Shown one piece after another: positions 41,601 through 49,178 of a stretch of 64,000 bases of DNA. Within the stretch, counting starts at the first letter, position 1; each line of letters begins with the position of its first letter. Location: positions 32,001-96,000 of the IMG/VR virus record IMGVR_UViG_3300045976_000096. One strand, given 5' to 3'. The stretch comes from a virus. The translations under genes were made by a program, and so were the position numbers. The notes under the pieces are model-generated. The model saw only the letters and a program-made list of their open reading frames with translations. It searched no databases and was not told the DNA's origin.

Positions 41601-42001
41601 TCGCTATAAGGATCGATCCTCGGCCCGCCTTGGCCCTATAAGAACGCGGCTTTCATCCTATAAGGACACTCTTATACTTTGACCCGAAATCCTATAAGGA
41701 TGGGGTTGCGCCTAGGCGAAAACGACTCTTATACATTATATCGCGACAGCAAACGGCAGCTGCGGCGACGGGTAATCCGAAGTTTCGCGCGGGCGCGCGG
41801 AAGGGCCAAGGATCGCCTAGGAACCCACCCGGCCACGGCGTGCCGAGGCTTTCCTAGGCCCAGGGAGCGGACGATGCCTGCGGTGCGCCAAGGATTTCCT
41901 AGGCCCTCGCCTGGTCGGTGAGACGGGCGTGAACGAGCCACCCACGCGCCGCACCTGCGCGGTCATACTACGTTCTCACCAACCACACATGAAAGCACAG
42001 C

Positions 42002-42292
42002 ATGACCCTCTTACACATCACCACGGGCGCCGAGACCGAAACCGAAGGCACGATGGTTGTCGTCTTCAACGTCACCGAGAACGGTAAGCCTTACGCCCAG
42101 ATCGCGACCGAGTCCAACAATGACGACCAGTGGGCCAAGATGCAGGTCACGCTCGCCGCGGGCGTCTACGTCGATCCGCTGTGGGTGCAGGTCGAAGCGA
42201 TGAAGGCGGTGTACGACGTCCTGAACCGCGACGGGTACAGCACCTTCGCCGACCTGTTCGCCGAGGTCGGGCACATCGTCTTCGAGATGTAA
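42002..42292 (+). CDS. hypothetical protein (cassette 1)
   Basis: Own promoter at 41937. Confidence 0.6.
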   Translation: MTLLHITTGAETETEGTMVVVFNVTENGKPYAQIATESNNDDQWAKMQVTLAAGVYVDPLWVQVEAMKAVYDVLNRDGYSTFADLFAEVGHIVFEM

Positions 42293-42451
42293 GGCGATCA
42301 CACCGGTTCGCACCGGTGTTTGTCTCCCAGGCCATGCCAAGGCTTGCCAAGGCTTGCCGGCCACCCTTGAGGACGCTGCGAACAAGCCACCCACCCGCCT
42401 GTGTCGGGTGGGCATAATGGTGTTTCTTCAACGACACATGAAAGGGACATC

Positions 42452-42796
42452 ATGCACCATGTACAGGCCACCATCACCCATTACAGCAATGCCCAGGCGC
42501 GCAACCAAGCTGTCGGCTTATCGGCCTTGCGCGCGCTTGCGCACGACCCGGCCTGCAAATTCTACGCGCACGACGGGAACGACTACCTGATCGTCGAGAC
42601 CGAGCTTGCGGGCGCGCCTCTGTACACCTTGATCGTGCTGACCAACCTGATCGACATCGGCGCGCACAACGGGATGCAGAAAGTCGAGACCGGCCTGGGC
42701 GACGTCATCGCGCTGTTCAGCACAGGCATCTACCACGAAGCGCTTGCTGAGGCGCTGCAGATCATGAAAGACGATGCAGGCCTGCACGACGAATAA
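42452..42796 (+). CDS. hypothetical protein (cassette 2)
   Basis: Own promoter at 42386. Confidence 0.6.
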   Translation: MHHVQATITHYSNAQARNQAVGLSALRALAHDPACKFYAHDGNDYLIVETELAGAPLYTLIVLTNLIDIGAHNGMQKVETGLGDVIALFSTGIYHEALAEALQIMKDDAGLHDE

Positions 42797-42995
42797 AGTA
42801 CAAGGCGGTTGTGAGGCCCAGTGCTGACCTGGGCCTCGAAACGCTGACCTAAAATTGCCTAGGCGACAATGGGTCCGCACGCCAACGCTGACCCAATGCT
42901 GACCGGCGTGCTGAAGGAAGGCTGACCTGGGCCACGCACACGCCTCACCTGGCTTGCGACAATGGGTCTTCACCAACCACACAGCAGAGGTTTTC

Positions 42996-43223
42996 ATGTC
43001 CAAGTTCTACAACTTCCGTCCCGAAACCATCAACGGCGTGACCATCCCGGCCGGCACCGCCTTACGCGACCTTGGCGACGGCGCCATGCCCCAGATGCTC
43101 CGCTTTGAATTGCCGACCAGCCTGCACCACTGCGGCATGCGCCACATCGACCTGTATCCACATCAGGTCGGTGACAGCGCCTTGTATGACGAGTTCGCGG
43201 CAGCGATGCGCGACCGGCCGTAA
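42996..43223 (+). CDS. hypothetical protein (cassette 3)
   Basis: Own promoter at 42931; terminator at about 43232-43256. Confidence 0.6.
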   Translation: MSKFYNFRPETINGVTIPAGTALRDLGDGAMPQMLRFELPTSLHHCGMRHIDLYPHQVGDSALYDEFAAAMRDRP

Positions 43224-43490
43224 CAAGCCACAGGCGCCCACCAGGCGCCTTTTGTATTGACCGGGCCACGCCAAGGCTTTCCTAGGCCGTTACGAGGCCG
43301 TACGCCGGCCACCAGGCGCAAGCCAGGCCACCAGGCTTGCCGAGGCCACAGCCAGGCCATAGGCCGTGCGGCGGGCGCGGGATGGACACGGGTATGGATG
43401 ATGTGACCGGGCCAGCCACCCGCCGCAGCTGCGTCGTCATACTGTGGTCTCTGCTGCGATGTGCAGCGCAACCCACCCTAGAAAGAGACC

Positions 43491-43858
43491 ATGAGCACCT
43501 TACTGACCTGCCTCGCGACCCTGATGCACGCCCAGCGCACCCGTACCGTACCGGCATGCGTCGACGTGCGTGAAAGCACCCATCTGGTCCTGTGCAACGA
43601 CAGCGGGCGCGTGCTGGGCCTGCAGCGCAGTGTCACTATGCAGGGCCGCACCTTCTCCGCCGCCATCGAGCAGGTGATCGCATGAACGGCTACAGCCTCA
43701 CCGACTTCGACCCGACCCCGCGCCTGTTCTACTCGCAGCGCGCCAGGGTATGCCACGGTTACACGTTCTGCCAAGGTCCGTTCGTGACAGACGACTTCGG
43801 CAACAGCGTGCGGGTCAGCAACGACAGCCTGACGCACTACCTGCGCCAGAGCCATTAA
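43491..43858 (+). CDS. two small ORFs (43491-43685, 43682-43858; cassette 4)
   Basis: Promoter at 43411, ATGA overlap, terminator at about 43879-43903. Confidence 0.5.
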
Positions 43859-44095
43859 GCCAGCCGCATAGCCACATCAAGGGCGCCGACCGGGCGCCCT
43901 TTATATTGCGCCACCCAGTTGCCAAGGAAGCGCCTGTCACTGCGCTGCAGGAACACCATGCGAGCACGCCTTGGCAACGCCAGCCGCGGCGAAGGTATTC
44001 CGTGGACGTTCCGCTTTCAACGCCAGCTGCGGCGACGTCATATGCAGGATTTGTCGCGCCGCCCTCGCGCCTTGGCATGCCGGTCGCGACAGAGG

Positions 44096-44305
44096 ATGAT
44101 TCACATGCGAACCATTCACATGCTAATAGTTCGTAACCTAACCATTTGCGTGCTAATGATTCGCATACACATAGTTCGCATACGAACCATTCACATGCTA
44201 ATGATTCGTATGCTAATCGTTCACATGCTAATCGTTCGCGTGCTAATGATTCGTATGCTAATCGTTCGCATGTGAACAGTTGACGTATCAACAGTTGAAT
44301 ACGCA
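44096..44305. repeat. 15-bp tandem repeat array, about 14 units
   Basis: Units such as ATGATTCGTATGCTA, ACCATTCACATGCTA, ATCGTTCACATGCTA with an exact 15-bp period. Confidence 0.9.
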
Positions 44306-44653
44306 AGTAACCCGAATCGGGTTTAGCTCACCTGTGACTGACCTTGTCAATAGGTCATTGACCAATGCACAAACAAATTTCTTGCGCAAGCTGTGCATTT
44401 GTACAGTAAAAACCACTCTTGTATAAGACATGGTCAAACTGACAATTTTAACGCTTGTAAGTCATTGATTTTAAAGCGAACCCTCTAGGTTCAACGAACA
44501 GACAGGTCCCGGTATGGTTCTATCAACAAAGGGAAAAACCTCACCACGGGCTTAAAAAGGGCATTTGCGGGCATATATTTTTGCGTGATGTTTTTGTGCG
44601 TCTACATGACATCAGAATCTAATTTCACGCATAAAAAAAATCACGCAAAAGTA

Positions 44654-44682
44654 TTGACCTGGCAATTTTCGATCTGTATAGT
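44654..44682 (+). promoter_or_regulatory. sigma70-type promoter
   Basis: TTGACC-17bp-TATAGT with upstream A tracts. Confidence 0.75.
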
Positions 44683-44832
44683 TCTATTCATGCACTGACG
44701 AACACAACGATTCGCAGCGCTGCGCAAGCAAGTGGTTACATAACCCGCGCGCCCGGTACTGTGGTTCGCTCTCGCAGATACTGACCGGGCAAACAAAATA
44801 CTCTTTCACAACATTATATAAAGGTAACTATC

Positions 44833-45519
44833 ATGGGTAAGCAATTGAAAGCTGCAACTATCGTTAACAAACTGGGCGCAGCAGTCGCACAGCGCGTGCA
44901 AGCGCTGAAAGACAACGAGACGCACGTCGCGACCGAGTTTAAGGGCATCTTAGCGTGCTACGCGCCCGACGGTAACAATCGCGGTTCGTTCGAGCGTGCA
45001 ATCGAAAGCGTGAAAGATCAGATCGATTTTGACTTCTTAATCAAGATCATCGGTAAGCACGCAGAAACGGGCAAGAACGACCCGAACTATGTGCAAGCAA
45101 AAACGATTGTGAAAATCAATCGCTTGCTATTCGGTCTCGCAACGAAAGACATGCGCGCGCTCGACAACCATTCGCGCTCGTTGATCGTGAATGCAACGCT
45201 GAATGGTAAGCTCTCTAGCAAAGCAGCGTTCGCAACGCTGGTACGTGTTCAATGGGGGGAAGAGATCGAAGAAGCGCTGCGCGAGCGTAACAACTACAGC
45301 GCGGGTACGGGTTCGACGCAACTCTCTAGCACAAAAGAAATGATGCGCGTTTTGGGATTAAGCGACAACCCGAAGGGCACGAAAAACGCAGACTTCGCTT
45401 TCACCGACGAAGCTCGTACGCTACTGTGCGAACGGTTCGCGCGTCTCGCAGAACTGGTCAAGACCGCTGACAAGATCGATGCAGAGCTTGACGCAGCAAT
45501 CGAAGAAGCAGCAGAGTAA
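44833..45519 (+). CDS. putative DNA-binding protein, first gene of the motif-free island
   Basis: 228 aa; YSAGT.STQ.S motif shared with ORF 31783; terminator at about 45524-45551. Confidence 0.7.
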   Translation: MGKQLKAATIVNKLGAAVAQRVQALKDNETHVATEFKGILACYAPDGNNRGSFERAIESVKDQIDFDFLIKIIGKHAETGKNDPNYVQAKTIVKINRLLFGLATKDMRALDNHSRSLIVNATLNGKLSSKAAFATLVRVQWGEEIEEALRERNNYSAGTGSTQLSSTKEMMRVLGLSDNPKGTKNADFAFTDEARTLLCERFARLAELVKTADKIDAELDAAIEEAAE

Positions 45520-45547
45520 ATCACAAGGGCGCACTACGGTGCGCCCT

Positions 45548-45563
45548 TGTTTCACGTGAAACA
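45548..45563. promoter_or_regulatory. parS: parS palindrome (chromosomal consensus)
   Basis: Perfect TGTTTCACGTGAAACA. Confidence 0.85.
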
Positions 45564-45578
45564 CACAAGGGAAACATC

Positions 45579-46253
45579 ATGCACAAGATCGAAGAATACG
45601 ACGAGCAAAGCGACGAATTCACGGTGCGCGCACCTGACGGGACGCGTTATTTCGCTAACGCAGAAACACTCGCGCATATGCTGAATCATTACGACGAACC
45701 GAGCGCGTTTCTTGGTATGCAGTTCACTACAACCATTAAGGTGCAAGCATGAAAAGCGAATATCTGAAACAGCAGCGCGCGACGCGCAACGACGAGATCA
45801 CGCTGTGCGTCGTCGCGCTGCTGTGTGTCGTGCTGTGCATGGGCGTGCTGATTAACGCAGCAATTGAGAGTGAACAGCGCGCAGCGCAGCGCGCGAGCGA
45901 CGCACGGTTAGCGCGTACGGGTTCGCGCTTATGCTTGCAAGACGGTCGCACGATTGACCAAATGCGGTTTGACGAACCCGTACGCGCGATGTCTGCGCGT
46001 TGGTGCAAACGTTAAGGGGAAAGACATGACTGACTTAGAAAAAGCAATGCAAGAGTTCGCAGCGCGTAACGGTGTGACGCAATGCGCACCCGTCACGAGC
46101 GCGAAGCAAGCAAACGAGCTTGCGAAAGCGCGACGCGTCGAACAGCGCGAACGCGAACGTGCAGAACGCGCTGCGCGCTGCGCAGAACAGAACGCAGAGA
46201 ACGCGCGCTATGATCGCGAAGGTGTGTGGTACGTGGGCGGGTTCGCATCGTAG
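45579..46253 (+). CDS. three small ORFs (45579-45752; 45749-46015 with a TM helix; 46026-46253)
   Basis: AAGGGA/AAGGTG/AAGGGGA RBSs, ATGA overlap. Confidence 0.55.
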
Positions 46254-46473
46254 CACATACGCAACAGTAGCACGCACCGCTTGACACGGTGCGTGCGATA
46301 TGCGATGTCTTAGAAAAATTTTCAACCCGAGGAGGCCCTGCCTTCCTCGACTTCCGGTCTCCGAACACCCTTCCTTACAGAATCCTGGGCGGCCGCAAAA
46401 GCCAATCCTTATACATCCAAGATCCAAACATCCACGATCCAGGATTCCACATTTCCCCACTTATCCCCGCAAT

Positions 46474-48521
46474 TCACCAGTTATCCACAATCCCCTTGGG
46501 CCGATCCTTCGACGCCAGGCGCGAGCCATCGAAACGCCCGGCCGGCGCTGCCGCGCCTCGCCGGGGTACGTCCTGCGCGCGTGGAATGATTGCCGCCTGA
46601 ATGAACAGAGGCTGGACCTCCCATTCTGCTTTCGACTCGAATGACCGGTTGCCGCTTGGGACCAGCGCCAGGTAATTTTCCCACGACAGGTCGCGATCCT
46701 TCTGCAGGGCCAGGCACTTGCCGACCAGCTCCTTGATGATGCGCTTTTGCTCTAACGGCCAGACGCCATCCCACCTATGGGCAGGCATGTCGCCGTTCTC
46801 CTGCTCGCCCAGCTGACGCCGAAGGTACAGGTAGTCCTCGTAGTTCGGGAAGGACAGGATTTTCGCCAGGTCTCTCACCAGATCACCTCCACGACGGTTT
46901 GCGGCCTGTCCGAGCCGGCGGCGCCTTGCGTTCTCGGGGTGCGCCGCACTTCCTCGCGCAGCTCCTCCATCATGTCCATCCGTGCTTTCAGGGGCATGGC
47001 GCGCCAGACGGCCTCTGAAATCGGCTCGTACTTGAGCGCCAGCGACAGCTCCACGTAGCGCTGGTAGGTGTTCACCATACGACGTCCACCGGGGTTTGCG
47101 GTTGATCGCCCTTCGGTTGGGCGGTGGCGCGCGCACGGTCGCGCATGACGCGCTGCTGGTGCTGTAGAACGTTGATCGTGATCTTGCGCATGATGGGCTT
47201 CATGTCGGTCCAGGCGTTGGCATCGATGCAGACTTCGTTGTCGAAGTGCCCGGCCAGCCAGGTGCGCATGTAGTCGTCGTAGGAGATGTTCACCAGTGGT
47301 CTCCGCCAAAACGTTCCAGTTCCTTGTTGCGTCGGTCGACGGCAGCCTGCATCTGGGCCACCATGCTCTCCTGCGCCTTCTGATCACAGCCATTCCAGAC
47401 GTGCTCTGCAATAAGGCCGAAATCGTCGTCGAACCCGGCTTCCACGCGCAGTCGGCGGTAGCGCTGGTACAGGCTCATGCGTCACCCCGCTGCCAGGCGA
47501 TGAAGTCCTCGGTGCCGTCGGCAAAGCCGCGCTCCCAGGCCTCGACCAGCACGGGTGTAGTGTACGGACAGGCCGGCACTTCCGTGACCAGTTCGTAGCG
47601 CCCGGTGCGCCAGCCGGCATCGAGACCGTCGGCATAAGCGTCGGCGTCAGCGGTCCACTTCACCATACCACCTCCACCGTGGTCTTCGGCGTGTCGCCCT
47701 TGCCGGTAAGCCGGTCAATCTCGTCCTGCGACGCCTCGCGCCACTCGCCGGCGCGCACGCTGGTGTCGATCGTCACGGTGGTATAGGTGATGTGCGGCAC
47801 GGCACGCCCATCCCGGAACATCAGTCGCCCGGTATGGGTATCGTGACCCGGCTCGAAGTCGATGCAGATGGCGCGCAAGGTGTCGCGCCAGGTGCCGTGC
47901 GGACCCTGCACGAAGTAGCGTTTCATCACGTTCTTGCGCTGGCCACTGTCGTCGGCAGGCCTGCCGGCGCCGGCCACGCCGAGCCAGTCGATATTCGTCA
48001 CCATGCGTCCACCCCGTCGGTCTTGGGTTTGTCGCCTCTTGGTGTGCCGGGGTCGACCTGGGCCTGCTTGGCCAGCGCCACGATGACGTTGCGGCGTTCC
48101 TCCTCGGGAACCAGATCGTTCCAGATCTCGTACGTGGCGGGCCTGTCCGCGCGCTTGGCCAGCCGGCACAGGCGCAGGTAGTTGTCGTAGCTGGTGTCTA
48201 CCATGCTCCGCCCTCCACTTCGGTTTGCGGCACGTCGGGCAGACGCACGCGCGCGCCGGCCGCCATCTTCAGCTGGTACTCGCTCGGCTCGAAGTAGGCG
48301 TTTTCGTTGTTAGGCTCCTGCAGCACCTCGATCATGGTGCCGGATTCGACGTGGCTCATCACGTCCTTGAAGCTCCACGGGCAGTGTACGGCGACGCTGC
48401 CATCGTGCTTGATGCCGCGCCGCGTCGTGATCGCGCCTTCTCCTTCGCCGAAGTCGAACTCGATGTGGTGAATGCGGTCGTTGATCGGCTTGGCGCCTGG
48501 CAGCATGAACACGCGCTTCAT
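46474..48521 (-). CDS. array of eight coupled small ORFs (48198-48521, 47998-48204, 47660-48004, 47475-47666, 47290-47478, 47072-47293, 46875-47078, 46474-46878); seven end in Trp
   Basis: Stop/start overlaps throughout; shared YxxY...W domain in five and shared C-terminal tail. Confidence 0.7.
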
Positions 48522-48799
48522 GGCGTCACCAGCGCCTCGACCTGGGCCAGCGCCTCGGGCGGCAGCGTGCGCAGCTTGGCGGCAAGCTCGCGCGCGCGGG
48601 TGCGGGCATCCAGCTTGTGCTGGCGCCGGGCCGCGAAGATGTGGTCGACATTGTCCAGTCCGCCGATGATGTCGAGCATGACCTCGATCGCCTCGCCCTG
48701 CGTCAGCTTGTGGGTCTTGGCCAGCTGGTTCAGATGCTCGCGCGCTTCGGCGCTCAGGTCGATGGTGTAGCGCGGGCGCGCCGGGTTGGTGGTGCCCAT
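48518..48799 (-). CDS. ribbon-helix-helix-like regulator
   Basis: RYTIDLSAEAREHLNQLAKTHKLTQGEAIE; degenerate operator just upstream. Confidence 0.6.
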   Translation of the reverse strand: MGTTNPARPRYTIDLSAEAREHLNQLAKTHKLTQGEAIEVMLDIIGGLDNVDHIFAARRQHKLDARTRARELAAKLRTLPPEALAQVEALVTP

Positions 48800-48911
48800 G
48801 TTGTTTTCTCCCTATAAGGTTCAGTGACAACTGATTATAACGCACGCGCAAACTTATCACGCAAAAAAAGCGCCCCGAAGGGCGCTTGAAAGGCACTACA
48901 TGGGAAAGGAG

Positions 48912-49115
48912 TCAGGCGATGTCGGCGGTGAAACCGATCGGCTTCGAGTCGTCATCGTCGTCGCCGCCCTGCACCATGAAGCGGGGCAGCTCGGGGCCGT
49001 GCGCGTCCATCTGCAGAAAGGTCAGCGCCAAGAGCGCCAGCGGGTTCTGCAGCCAGACGACCACGGCCAGGATGGCCAGGACAATCATAACATTAACGGC
49101 CAGGGTGGATTTCAT
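48912..49115 (-). CDS. small membrane protein
   Basis: Hydrophobic N-terminal hairpin, acidic tail. Confidence 0.6.
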   Translation of the reverse strand: MKSTLAVNVMIVLAILAVVVWLQNPLALLALTFLQMDAHGPELPRFMVQGGDDDDDSKPIGFTADIA

Positions 49116-49178
49116 GATGGTCCTTGGATAAGTCAGCGGTGAACCAACGGTAACACGCCGGCGCCGGCTGCGCAACCC

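Noticed and set aside
44096-44305. CRISPR array or pentapeptide-repeat protein (ORFs 43750, 43815, 43919)
   Set aside because: Contiguous 15-bp units without spacers and no cas genes; the ORFs are translations of the DNA repeat with no convincing RBS
44097-46328. Island explained simply as low-GC foreign DNA
   Set aside because: GCGC, CGCG, GGT, ACC and GGG remain common; only KCCD/HGGM is missing. Other AT-richer segments such as 6641-7171 still contain the motif
46474-48521. Stop-codon reassignment or readthrough suggested by repeated TGG-TGA ends
   Set aside because: Conserved genes (recA, nrdA, nrdB, Rad50) end at TGA at expected lengths, and tagged ORFs also end in TAA and TAG
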